The notes beneath the pieces were generated by a model. The model saw nothing but the letters and a program-made list of their open reading frames with translations. It ran no database searches and had not been told where the DNA came from. This document shows, piece by piece, positions 20,306 to 29,999 of a DNA stretch of 46,607 nucleotides. The stretch is from positions 1 through 46,607 of the forward strand of contig JBBDRF010000028.1 in the NCBI GenBank assembly GCA_040905565.1, read 5' to 3'. Every line of letters begins with the position of its first letter. Position 1 is the first letter of the stretch. A program made the position numbers and the translations under genes. Source of the stretch: Phycisphaeraceae bacterium (GTDB taxonomy: Bacteria; Planctomycetota; Phycisphaerae; Phycisphaerales; Zrk34).

Positions 20306-20329
20306 ACACGGCGATGCCACCTGGTCCCG

Positions 20330-20986
20330 CTAGCGGGCGTTGTCGAACTGCACGCTTCCATCGGTGAACAGGTAATTGCTTCCCTGTTTGTCCGAGCGGA
20401 ACATGCCCAGTTCGTGAGGCGGCCGCCGCTTCTCGTCCGGGATCAACCAGCCCGGCCCCGGGCTCCCGCGGAAGCCCGATGTGTACGGCAGCGCCAGGTA
20501 GTTATCCCAGACCCATGATGTCTGCCCCAGCTGCGAAAGCGGCGTCGATTCAATCTTGCTGCTCGGCGTGGCGAACATGTACGTGTTCCCCAGCTCCTGC
20601 ATCCAATCCGGTTGAGCGCCGCACACCCACACATTCGAATCACCCGCCAGACCGTACCTGTCGAGAACAGCCGCGATGCCGTACCGCTCCGGCAGCGCGT
20701 GCGGATCGTCAGCAGGCGTGGTGCCGGGCGCCCTACGGAAAAAGAAACCGCCTAGCGCGCCGCGGTCCGGCAGATACCCACGGTTGTCCGTCGCATACAT
20801 CACGCTCGCCTGGTACACCTGCCGCAAGTTGCTCTGGCAGGTCGCCAGCAGTGCCGATTTCCGCGCCCCGCTCAGAAACGGCACAAGCAGCCCCAGAAGA
20901 AGGGCGATGATGCCGATCACGACCAGCAGTTCAATCAGCGTGAACGCCGCCGCTTCATCCTTACACCGATGTCCGTTTTTACGCAT
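20330..20986 (-). CDS. Prepilin-type N-terminal cleavage/methylation protein (DUF1559/H-X9-DG-like)
   Basis: GAGGGA RBS; AA|FTLIELLVVIGIIALL, CQSNLRQ, PH...NYLFTDGSV. Confidence 0.9.
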   Translation of the reverse strand: MRKNGHRCKDEAAAFTLIELLVVIGIIALLLGLLVPFLSGARKSALLATCQSNLRQVYQASVMYATDNRGYLPDRGALGGFFFRRAPGTTPADDPHALPERYGIAAVLDRYGLAGDSNVWVCGAQPDWMQELGNTYMFATPSSKIESTPLSQLGQTSWVWDNYLALPYTSGFRGSPGPGWLIPDEKRRPPHELGMFRSDKQGSNYLFTDGSVQFDNAR

Positions 20987-21063
20987 GGCATCCCTCAAGT
21001 TGTTTTGCGAGAAAAGCGGCGAAGCGCGTCAAGCGCCCCGCCGCCAAAGTCGATCGTTCTCAA

Positions 21064-23262
21064 TCAGCCGCGGGCGGAATTTCCACGCCGACGCCCCAGC
21101 AGCATCGCGCCGCACGCCGCCACCAGCACCATGCTCGACGGTTCGGGCACGTAGGTGATCGCGCCGACCACGCTGTCGTTGTAGAGGAACTCGAGGTCAC
21201 GAAGGTCCAGCTCTGCGTCGTAGATGTGGCCCAACGAAAGCGAGCCGTCCAGCGCCACCTCGCTCAGCGTCAGCCCCGCCACGTAGGCATCGCCTACCAG
21301 CGTGTCCATGCCCTCAACACCTGCGAAGTTGCCTTCGAGGATGCTCTCGTCTGCACCGACGATCTGGAATGCGTCGAACACCGCGTCCTCGCCGACGAGG
21401 AACACTTCGCCGTCGCCATGCACCAGCAGCGACAGTTCCCCCGCAAGCGTCGTCGTGAAGTCGGCCGTGCTCAACAGCGACACTTCCGAGGCAGGCTCGG
21501 TGCCGTAGCCGGTCACGTTGAAGTTGGCCTTGAGTGCCTGGAAGTCAGCGATGTTCACGCTGCCTTTGTTGTGATAATCGAAGTTGCCATCGAACCAGCT
21601 GGCGTCGGTCGCGGTGGGGTCAAAATTATCTTTCAGCGTACGGAAGTCGTCGATGTCCACCTTGAAGTTCCAATCCGTATCGCCGGCATGAAGGTTCACA
21701 AACTGCCGCAGCACATCCATGTCATACGCATCGACCGAGCGATTCTGCAGCGAACCGTCATAGCCGTCGCTGTATCCCGAGACGCGGCCGCTGGCGTTCA
21801 GGTCCGCCTGGGCGTAATCGGCGTAACCCTGCGTGCCCGGCGTCGGCAGAGCGCTGCGCTGGAACTGGTCGATGAAGAACGCCGTATCGTCAGCGGTGAT
21901 CGCGCCGTCGCCGCTGAAGTCGCCCGGCTGCCCCACGCTCGCGCCGGCAACAAAGCTGTTGTTGCCGCGATACATAATCCGCGTGCCGTTCTCTTCGTCT
22001 TCGAACACCTGCAGCCGCAGCATCCCGCCGCGATCGCGATAGTCGCCGCTCTGCGTCACCGATTCGTTGAACGCCATCAGCTGTGCCTGGTTCACCACCG
22101 AAACCAGCCGCCCCTGCCCGTCGTAACGCAGCAGCGCTTTGCTCGTCTTCTCATAGAAGTAGATGTTGCCCGCAGCGTCGCTCGCGATCGAGCCGATGCT
22201 GGAGCCATCCTCCCCCGTGAACGCCTGCAGCTGCGAGCCGGCCAGCGCCACGCCCGGCGTGCCACCGTTACCCTCGTCCGTCACAAAGCTGATTCCCCCG
22301 TCGTTGCCGTGGTCAGCATGACCATCGAACAAAACCTGATCGCCGGTGCCCGTCCCGAGCTGCCGAACATCACTGGCAACCACGGCCGGCTCACTGATGA
22401 TGCGGCCCTGCGTCGTGCCGTCGTAAAGCCGTTCGACCTCACCGGTGACCGCGTCGATGCGGTGAAGCCCGCCCGTGTTCGACCCAGCATCCACGGCGTA
22501 AAGGCTCTGGCCATCGGTCGACCACGCGAACTGCCTGCCGAAGTTCGATCCCACGCGGCCGTCCGAGTCGTACCCCGCAGCATCGCGCAGATCCTGCTCC
22601 GTCGCCACCACGCTGAACACATCGTTCCAGTCGACCAGCCCGTGGCTGCCGATGATGTTGCCGATGCCGTTGTCCGCGTTGTCACGGTCAGGCAGGCCGA
22701 TGTCGCCCGACTCGCCGACCCGGCGTAGGTCGTAGCGGTAGACGCGTTTGGTCGCATCGATCAGGTAATTGCCATCGCCGTCGGCCACGGGCAGATTGAA
22801 ATCACTGATGTACGCCAGCTCGCCCGGCTGATAGGTGATGCTGCCAATCAGCTGCCCGTCCGGGCCGAGTTCACTGCCGTAGTCGAGCGTAATCGCCTTC
22901 GGGTTCAGCAGGATGCCAGCCTGGAAAGGGTTGCCGCTGTAGTCCGCATTCGTCACGCCGCCCACCACATCGGTCGCCCGGATGAACTGCTGCATCACCG
23001 TCGGGTGAACGTACTGCTCGCCCGGCCCCGTTTCAATGCGGCGAATCCCCGAGCCCGCCCCGAATAGCACCGTCCAATACGTGTCGTCCTCGGGACTGTA
23101 AGTGAACCCGCCGAGCACGCCGTAGCCGCCCTCCGCCTTTTCCTCGTCGACCAGCAACTGCATGTGCCCCGGCTGCTGTGCCGCTGCTGAGCTTGGAATC
23201 GCAGCCCCCATTGCCGAGGCAATCAGGCACGTGGCGATCATCGATCGCGATGAAAAAATCAT
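21064..23262 (-). CDS. Large PEP-CTERM surface protein with propeller-like N-terminus and dockerin/EF-hand-like repeats
   Basis: AGGAG RBS, signal peptide; Ca-loop repeats GDFSGDGAITADD, ADLNASG, GDTDWNFKVDIDDF, GNFDYHNKGSVNIADF; C-terminal VPEPSSMVLVAACGAMLLGRRRG. Confidence 0.88.
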   Translation of the reverse strand: MIFSSRSMIATCLIASAMGAAIPSSAAAQQPGHMQLLVDEEKAEGGYGVLGGFTYSPEDDTYWTVLFGAGSGIRRIETGPGEQYVHPTVMQQFIRATDVVGGVTNADYSGNPFQAGILLNPKAITLDYGSELGPDGQLIGSITYQPGELAYISDFNLPVADGDGNYLIDATKRVYRYDLRRVGESGDIGLPDRDNADNGIGNIIGSHGLVDWNDVFSVVATEQDLRDAAGYDSDGRVGSNFGRQFAWSTDGQSLYAVDAGSNTGGLHRIDAVTGEVERLYDGTTQGRIISEPAVVASDVRQLGTGTGDQVLFDGHADHGNDGGISFVTDEGNGGTPGVALAGSQLQAFTGEDGSSIGSIASDAAGNIYFYEKTSKALLRYDGQGRLVSVVNQAQLMAFNESVTQSGDYRDRGGMLRLQVFEDEENGTRIMYRGNNSFVAGASVGQPGDFSGDGAITADDTAFFIDQFQRSALPTPGTQGYADYAQADLNASGRVSGYSDGYDGSLQNRSVDAYDMDVLRQFVNLHAGDTDWNFKVDIDDFRTLKDNFDPTATDASWFDGNFDYHNKGSVNIADFQALKANFNVTGYGTEPASEVSLLSTADFTTTLAGELSLLVHGDGEVFLVGEDAVFDAFQIVGADESILEGNFAGVEGMDTLVGDAYVAGLTLSEVALDGSLSLGHIYDAELDLRDLEFLYNDSVVGAITYVPEPSSMVLVAACGAMLLGRRRGNSARG

Positions 23263-23356
23263 GGTGTACTTCTCCTGGGATGGAAAGTTCCGGGCCGACG
23301 GCCGATCCCCAAACGCTGAGGCCGTTGCCGCAACCCTGCTCTGTTTTGCTAAGATT

Positions 23357-23404
23357 GTGAGACTCAGTCGCAACAAATATACTGATATTGAAAATCAGTC
23401 GCAA
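23357..23404. promoter_or_regulatory. Two tandem Fur-family-like boxes in a divergent promoter
   Basis: GTGAGACTCAGTCGCAA (23357-23373) and TTGAAAATCAGTCGCAA (23388-23404): 17-bp pseudo-palindromes 31 bp apart in an AT-rich intergenic region. Confidence 0.6.
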
Positions 23405-23472
23405 CTATATTAAGCTGATTCTGCTCGGTTTTTCTGATCCTTTTTATTCACGCATTGCGGGAAATTGCTGAT

Positions 23473-24051
23473 ATGAAGACACTTGTGGCCGCCGTCCGCC
23501 GTCTCCTGCTTGTGACTTTCGCCGCCGCGCTCGCCGGCGCCGCCGGATGCCAGACGGTCGGCAGCAGCCAATCGGCGGAAAAATCAGGCTCGGCCTCGGC
23601 TGCGAATGTCGAAACGTGGCAGGATTTCGGAGGCGGCGTCGCCTGTCATGAAACATCCCCCGTCACCGCCTCGGCACTCCTCGCCGACATCGACAGCTAC
23701 GACGGCAAGCACCTTCGCGTCAGCGGCACCGTCAGCAGCGTGTGCCAGAAACGAGGCTGCTGGCTGGCGATGCACCCCAAAGGCCGGGCCGAGCCGATCT
23801 TCGTCAAATTCACCTGTCCCATCGAAGGCCGCCTGATTCCCGCCGAGGCCGAGGGCAAGCACGCCGTCGTCGAAGGCGAAGTCTCCCAGCGCGAAATCAC
23901 CGAGTCCTACGCCCGCCATCTCAAGGAGGACGCCGGCGCGTCGGCCGAGGAGATCGAAGCGATCAAGGGGCCACAGACGGTCATCTTCATCGCCTCGCCA
24001 GCCGCCCGCGTGTTCGGCCTCACGCCGCAAGCTGAGGGCGACACGCAATGA
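23473..24051 (+). CDS. DUF4920-like lipoprotein (OB-fold-like)
   Basis: Lipobox AAGC; VSGTVSSVCQKRGCW, FVKF, ARHLKEDAG..EEI motifs. Confidence 0.8.
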   Translation: MKTLVAAVRRLLLVTFAAALAGAAGCQTVGSSQSAEKSGSASAANVETWQDFGGGVACHETSPVTASALLADIDSYDGKHLRVSGTVSSVCQKRGCWLAMHPKGRAEPIFVKFTCPIEGRLIPAEAEGKHAVVEGEVSQREITESYARHLKEDAGASAEEIEAIKGPQTVIFIASPAARVFGLTPQAEGDTQ

Positions 24052-25217
24052 AAGCTTCGTTCATCAACACCGCCGCCCTCGCCACGCTCGCCCTGATTCT
24101 GATCACCACCTTCACCGTTGTCGCAAGCGGTGGGGGGAATGGTGGTGGTGGTGGGGGGGGGCTTCGTGAGCTTTACGCGCAGCCGGTCGAGCAGTGGCCC
24201 GAGCCGCATGTGGACGAAGGCATCGGCTGGCAGGAGTTCGGCCATCTCCCGCGACCCCCTCATCCCGAGGACAATCCCCACTCGGATGAGAAGGCGGAAC
24301 TCGGCAAGCTTCTATTCTTCGACGGTCGGCTTTCCGCCACGGGCCAGATGGCCTGCATCTCCTGCCACGCCCCCGAGCTTGGCTGGGCCGACGGTCGCAC
24401 CACGTCGCTCGGCCACAGCGTCACCGCGCTCCGCCGTAACGCGCCCAGCATCGCCAATGCCGCCCACTTCGACGCCCTCTTCTGGGACGGACGAGGCGAC
24501 TCCATCGAACAACAGGTCGAACTCGCCCTGCTGAACGTCGACGAAATGCGTGGCTCCCGCGACGCCATCGTCGACCTCGTCCGCAGCAGCACCGAATACC
24601 GCGACCGCTTCGCCGAAGCGTTCGCCGAAGACCCCATCCAGTTCGAGCACATCACCAAAGCCATCGCCACCTACGTCCGCACCGTCAACAGCGGGCGCAG
24701 CGATTTCGACCGCTTCTTGAACGGCGAAACCGACCGCCTCACCGACGCCGAACTCCGTGGCCTGCACCTGTTCCGCACCAAGGCCCGCTGCATGAACTGC
24801 CACCACGGCCCGCTGCTCAGCGACGGCGAATTCCACGACCTCGGCCTCTCCTACTACGGCCGCCGCCTCGAAGACCTCGGCCGATACCGCATCACCGATA
24901 AGCCCGAAGACGTCGGCCGCTTCCGCACGCCCTCCCTCCGCAACGTCACCCGCACCGCTCCGTACATGCACAACGGCCTCTTCGGACTCGAAGGCGTCAT
25001 CAACATGTACAACGCGGGAATGGCCACGCTCCGGCCCCGCCCCGAGCAGGAGAACGACCCGCTGTTCCCCACCAAGTCGCCCCTGCTCAAGCCTCTCGAT
25101 CTCGACCGCCAGGAGATGGACGACCTGATGGCGTTCCTCGAATCGCTCCAGGAACCGCGCCGCCGCGTGCGACAGCCCGAGCTTCCCGCAATCGATCAAA
25201 CCCAAGCCAACAACTGA
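24048..25217 (+). CDS. Di-heme cytochrome c peroxidase (MauG/CCP superfamily)
   Basis: ATGA overlap with upstream gene; LGKLLFFDGRLS, CISCH, RNAPSI, FWDGR, CMNCH, FRTPSLRNV, APYMHNG. Confidence 0.93.
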   Translation: MKASFINTAALATLALILITTFTVVASGGGNGGGGGGGLRELYAQPVEQWPEPHVDEGIGWQEFGHLPRPPHPEDNPHSDEKAELGKLLFFDGRLSATGQMACISCHAPELGWADGRTTSLGHSVTALRRNAPSIANAAHFDALFWDGRGDSIEQQVELALLNVDEMRGSRDAIVDLVRSSTEYRDRFAEAFAEDPIQFEHITKAIATYVRTVNSGRSDFDRFLNGETDRLTDAELRGLHLFRTKARCMNCHHGPLLSDGEFHDLGLSYYGRRLEDLGRYRITDKPEDVGRFRTPSLRNVTRTAPYMHNGLFGLEGVINMYNAGMATLRPRPEQENDPLFPTKSPLLKPLDLDRQEMDDLMAFLESLQEPRRRVRQPELPAIDQTQANN

Positions 25218-25227
25218 AGGACCAACC

Positions 25228-25758
25228 ATGATGCCCACAGTCTCGTTCCGCTACCTGCCGTTGCTCGCGATGCTCGCTCTCATGACGCTCAGCATCGGCT
25301 GCACCGAAACGCCTGAAGCTCACGCCGACGAGGCCCACGCCGACGAGGCCCACGAGCACGAAGAGCACGGCGAGCACGACCACCCCGAGCTTGCGCCCGC
25401 CATGGGCGAACTCCAACGCTTCAGCCAGAAGCTCGGCTACAGCATCGAAGGCGAGAATCAGCCGCTCGCCGGCTTCTACATTCACGAACTTGAAGAGGTG
25501 TTCGCCGAGATCACCGCCGAGATCCCCGAGTACGATGGCCACGAGATCGCCACGCTCGTTCAGACGATGGGCGTGCCCGTGCTGGAGACGGTCGAACAAG
25601 CCGTCCACGACGCCGACTGGCCGACCGCCCTGGAAAACTACCAGGCCCTCATCGCCAGCTGCAACGCCTGCCACGCCGCCACCGAGCACGGCTTCATCCA
25701 GATCACGCCAGCCACGGGTGAACCCCCATTCAACCAACGCTTCACGCCGATCGAGTGA
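25228..25758 (+). CDS. Lipoprotein class II (four-helix) cytochrome c with His/Glu-rich N-terminal tract
   Basis: AAGGA RBS; lipobox SIGC; EAHADEAHADEAHEHEEHGEHDH; helical body with near-C-terminal CNACH. Confidence 0.8.
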   Translation: MMPTVSFRYLPLLAMLALMTLSIGCTETPEAHADEAHADEAHEHEEHGEHDHPELAPAMGELQRFSQKLGYSIEGENQPLAGFYIHELEEVFAEITAEIPEYDGHEIATLVQTMGVPVLETVEQAVHDADWPTALENYQALIASCNACHAATEHGFIQITPATGEPPFNQRFTPIE

Positions 25759-25770
25759 AGCGAGATCCTG

Positions 25771-25799
25771 ACAACGAGCCGCGCCCGTAAGGAAGCGGT
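25771..25799 (+). repeat. REP-like element, family A (ACGAGCCGCGMCCGTAAGGRAGCGGT)
   Basis: Near-identical copies at 37676 (+) and 45893 (-), each just downstream of a stop codon. Confidence 0.8.
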
Positions 25800-25880
25800 G
25801 GTGCACCGGGCATCGGCGCGCCTCACCGAAAGCGTCGAATCCCCGGGGCTCGCTCCCCCCGAACCCGCCTAAGCTGCGCC

Positions 25881-26911
25881 ATGGACTTCGCAACCTTGCC
25901 GATGTGGGCGATCGTGGCGACGTTCCTCGCCGCGGCCGCCGTCATCCTCGTCGTCGGCACCCTCCTCGCGCGGGTCGCCGATCGTCTGGCCGACCGCACC
26001 GGGCTCGGCGAAGCGATGGTCGGCGCCGTGCTGCTAGGCGGCAGCACCTCCCTGCCCGGTATCACGACGTCCGTCACGGCCGCCTGGTGGGGCCAGCCCG
26101 AGATCGCCATGTCCAACGCGGTCGGCGGCATCGCAGCCCAAAGCGCCTTCCTCGCCGTCGCCGACTTCTTCAGCCGTCGCGCCAACCTCGAGCACGCCGC
26201 CGCCTCCGTCCCCAACATCCTCCACGGCACGGCCCTCGTCGCGCTCCTCGGTCTCGTGCTCCTGGCCGGCTACACCCCCGAAATCACCTTCCTCTCAATC
26301 CACCCCGTCACGCCCCTGCTCCTGCTGGTTTACCTCGGCGGCCTCCATCTCGCGCGAGGCAGTCGCGACGCACCCCAGTGGATGGCACGCCAGACGGCGC
26401 TGACCCGGGAAGATGTGCCCGAGCCGCCCAAGAAAGAAGAAACGCTGGCGGGGCTATGGTTGAAGTTCGCAACAGCGGCCGCCGTTACCGCAGGGGCGGG
26501 CTGGTTCGTCGCCCGCACAGGCATCGCCATCGCCGACCGCACCGAGATCAGCGGCTCCGTCGTCGGCGCCGTCTTCACCGCCATCAGCACCTCGACGCCC
26601 GAACTGATCACCTCCATCGCCGCCGTTCGCGCCGGGGCCCTCACCCTCGCCGTCGCAAACGTGCTCGGCGGAAACGCCTTCGATGTCCTTTTCGCCGCCG
26701 CTGCCGATGTCGCCTACCGCGAAGGGTCGATCTACCACGCCATCGGCAACGAAGAACGCTTGCTGACCAGCGTTTCCATCGTGATGGCCGCCCTCCTGAT
26801 CGCCGGTCTGGTCTACCGCGAGCGGCACGGTGTCGCGACATCGGCTTCGAAAGCATGCTCGTGCTCATCCTGTACATCGCCGCCATCACCACCATGGCGA
26901 TCGGCGGATGA
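25881..26911 (+). pseudogene. Sodium:calcium/cation antiporter (CaCA, YrbG-like) with a 1-bp frameshift near the 3' end
   Basis: Two alpha-repeats (GSTSLPG, ISTSTPEL, NVLGGNAFD). The last TM helix IGFESMLVLILYIAAITTMAIGG* lies in another frame; adding one A at ~26838 (gcg a[a]c atc) restores it. Confidence 0.8.
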
Positions 26912-26950
26912 TGCCTGCCTCGCATATTGAAGCTGCCCCGCCTCGCCGCG

Positions 26951-29761
26951 CTACTCCGCCTGGCGATTAAGCAGCATCCGCGCACGCAGGGCGTCATGGG
27001 TGTCATCAAAATCAAGGCCGAAGTTTGCGTAGTCCAGCCGGTCGAACGGCGGCGGCATCGTCTCCGGCACGCGCGGCGAAAGCGGATGCCCCACCGCGGT
27101 CGAGATCATCGTCAGATGCTCCTGCGACCACTCAAAGTCTCCGCCGTACACATCCACCGGCCGCGCCCCGTAAAGTTCCTCATAAACCGCAACGGGGTCG
27201 TGATCCGGAAAGTGCTGCCGGAAATCGTTGAGCACCGGAAGATACCGCCAACTCGCCTCGCCGCCCATGCCGCCGAACTCGGGGTTCAGACTCATCTGCT
27301 GAACGAATCGCACCGCTGTGCCCGTAATCTGAAAATTCACATGCTCCGCAAGCCAGGGCGGGGCGGCTTCGTCGCCGGGGGCCGCTTCGTCGGTCGTCTC
27401 CAGGAACCGCTGCATCGTCTGCTCGTTAAGCGTCAGCAGCAGCATGTTCCGGTGAATCGCGTAGTAGATCGCCATGCCGGGGATGAACTCGTCCCCCTCA
27501 GCGACCACCGCCACGTACTCGCGTTCGTTGTGCCGGCGATTCACCCATTGCACCAGCCCCGGTGCCGTCGATTGCACCATCGTCCGCAACCCCGTCAGAA
27601 ACGTCGCCAGCTGCACCCGCCCCTTCACCTCCGCATATGCCGCGATCGGGAAGCTGTAATTCTGCGCCTCCACGAACTGCTCAATGTCGTCCGCTTCAGC
27701 CATCTCCCCCCAGAATTCTGATTCGTCGATGTAGACGCCCACCACCTCGCCCAGCCAGCCGAACGGGTTGTCAATGCCCGCGAGTCCCTGCCGCGCAAAG
27801 TTCTGCATGTCCTGCAGCGGTTCGCTCTCGACGTCGACCGCCATCGCGAAGTGCGCCAGTGCCTGGTCATAGATCGGCCCTTCCGCCGTGATGCGCGCCC
27901 CGCCGACGATCTCCACCCAGTCACGGTACTGCGAGCCGACCGACAACGGCAGCACCGTCAGGTCGCCGCTCAACTGCGTCGGCTCCACCGTCAGCCGCAC
28001 CGCAATCGGATCAAAGACCGCACGCCACTGTCCTTCATAGCGAGCACGCCAGTTGCGGTACGCCTCGGCCTCCGTCTCACTCGCATGCGTGATCGCCAGT
28101 TCATTGATCGGCGTCAAAAAACCCGGCCGACCGTACACCTCCGAAACCACGCGCCCCTCCTCCGTAAGCCTCAGCTCCCCCGTCCCCGGCACCGCCACCT
28201 GCATCGCCAACGCCCGCGGCTCAACCGCATCCTCCAGAAGCTCCTCCAGATGCCTTGCCCGCGCTTCGAGCATGGCCGCCATCACCCGCGCGCGCCGCGA
28301 TGCCGCGATCCGCACCTGCGGACTGCCCCATCGCCGCAGTGCATCATCGCTGATCACCAGCAACAGCGTCTCCGGTTCGTCCAGCCGATAGCGATTGCGG
28401 AAGTAGGTGTAATCATCAAGGTCCGCCAGGCTTGTCCGTTCATCCGCCGCCGTCTCGGCGATCCGCTCAAGCTGCACCGGCGAGTTTGTCAGCACCACCA
28501 TCCCGCCATCGAGCAGCGCCAGATACGAACTGATCGTACGATCTTCCGTCCGCACCACCGTCGCTTCCAGCGCACCGATCTGCTGCGATCGCACCTGCAC
28601 CCCAGCCGCCTCCGCCGCCTGCTGCTGCCGCGCCGCAAGGCTCTGCTTCAGCTGCTCCGGGTTCGTGGAGTGCATCAGGATCGCCAGGTCCGTGCCCGCC
28701 ATGATGTACGGATCGCCCGCCGTCAGCGTCACCTCTCCCAGCCCCAGCTGCTCAGCGTCGTCCATCAGCGACGCCACCGTCACCGCCAGCTGCCGTTCGT
28801 AGCGCTGCTGAACATCCGCCTCCTCAGCCTGCAGCGACCACTGAATCAGCTGCGTTCCCTGCTGTTCATACTCCGTCAGCGTCGTCGCCAGCGCCTGCAC
28901 ATCTTCAAAGAAGATCGTCAGCTGATCGCCCGGCACGTACGCCGCGGCCGCATCCGTCGCCGGGTCGGGATCCTCAATCAGATCGTCCCATTCAATTGCA
29001 TCGATGGTGATGCCGCGCACCTCGCTGAGGTCCACGTCCGCGATCATCTGTTCCTGCGCGGGGGCAAGCAGATCATCCAGGCGAAGGTTCTCCCCCGCAG
29101 CGGTCGTCCCGCTGAAGATGTCGAACGTGTCGTTCATATCGAACATGTCCGCCCGCCCGCCGAACCGCCGCCGCGTCGCCGCCCGCGCCTCCTCGCCAAG
29201 CATCTGCTCCGCCGCGTGCGCCTGCGAACGGAACCAGGCCCTGCCCGCAAAGTTGCGGCTTTGCAGCTCGCGATAGTGATCGGCGACCGTCTCGTAAAAA
29301 TCTTCGCCGGCCCGCTCCTCCAACTCCTCCGCGGACACACTGAACGGCACCCGGCTCGCGCCGCCTTTCAACGATGGAAGTATCAACACGCCCTCTACGT
29401 CCCGCCGCTGCGGCAGCGCGATCGCGATCCGCGCCGCCGGGTCGTTCGGCCGCTGAGGCACCCAGCGATTTAAGCCGCCCAAATAAGCCTGCCCCTCGCC
29501 TTCGATGTGCACCCAGGGCGCTTCAGGCGACCAGCCGTTCAGGGCACGCCTTGCCGCCTCGTCCATCTCCAGATCGTCCACCTCGATCACATGGAAGAAG
29601 CTGTTCGCCCCGCCTGAAAGCGGACCATCCGCTGCCTGCGCCGCTGCAGGCAACCAGCACATCACCCACGCAACCGCAACCACGCACGCCAGCGCCGCCA
29701 GCCGGGACCGCGCGGGACGATCCTTCTTTTCACGACACAGCGACAGTTTCAGCATCAACAT
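26951..29761 (-). CDS. Large exported/membrane-anchored hypothetical protein (936 aa)
   Basis: Long acidic ORF with coding-like composition, N-terminal hydrophobic signal ending AAQA-A; no family recognised. Confidence 0.75.
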   Translation of the reverse strand: MLMLKLSLCREKKDRPARSRLAALACVVAVAWVMCWLPAAAQAADGPLSGGANSFFHVIEVDDLEMDEAARRALNGWSPEAPWVHIEGEGQAYLGGLNRWVPQRPNDPAARIAIALPQRRDVEGVLILPSLKGGASRVPFSVSAEELEERAGEDFYETVADHYRELQSRNFAGRAWFRSQAHAAEQMLGEEARAATRRRFGGRADMFDMNDTFDIFSGTTAAGENLRLDDLLAPAQEQMIADVDLSEVRGITIDAIEWDDLIEDPDPATDAAAAYVPGDQLTIFFEDVQALATTLTEYEQQGTQLIQWSLQAEEADVQQRYERQLAVTVASLMDDAEQLGLGEVTLTAGDPYIMAGTDLAILMHSTNPEQLKQSLAARQQQAAEAAGVQVRSQQIGALEATVVRTEDRTISSYLALLDGGMVVLTNSPVQLERIAETAADERTSLADLDDYTYFRNRYRLDEPETLLLVISDDALRRWGSPQVRIAASRRARVMAAMLEARARHLEELLEDAVEPRALAMQVAVPGTGELRLTEEGRVVSEVYGRPGFLTPINELAITHASETEAEAYRNWRARYEGQWRAVFDPIAVRLTVEPTQLSGDLTVLPLSVGSQYRDWVEIVGGARITAEGPIYDQALAHFAMAVDVESEPLQDMQNFARQGLAGIDNPFGWLGEVVGVYIDESEFWGEMAEADDIEQFVEAQNYSFPIAAYAEVKGRVQLATFLTGLRTMVQSTAPGLVQWVNRRHNEREYVAVVAEGDEFIPGMAIYYAIHRNMLLLTLNEQTMQRFLETTDEAAPGDEAAPPWLAEHVNFQITGTAVRFVQQMSLNPEFGGMGGEASWRYLPVLNDFRQHFPDHDPVAVYEELYGARPVDVYGGDFEWSQEHLTMISTAVGHPLSPRVPETMPPPFDRLDYANFGLDFDDTHDALRARMLLNRQAE

Positions 29762-29999
29762 GCAAGCACCCTTTCGGATCGAGATGTGGCGGGGCGTTTC
29801 CCACGCGTAGACACGGTGGGAGGAGGTGGGGGGGCGTCGCAGGAAAAATGCTGACCATGAGATAACCCCGTTCAGTGAACGTCACCAAGCGTACCGCGCC
29901 AGCCCTTGCAAGGGCAACGGGGGCGCACCCTCTACGTTCCCTCATCAACATCACGGCTCGCATGCGGGGGCCGATTGATGGTATCTTGCCACGCTCAAT

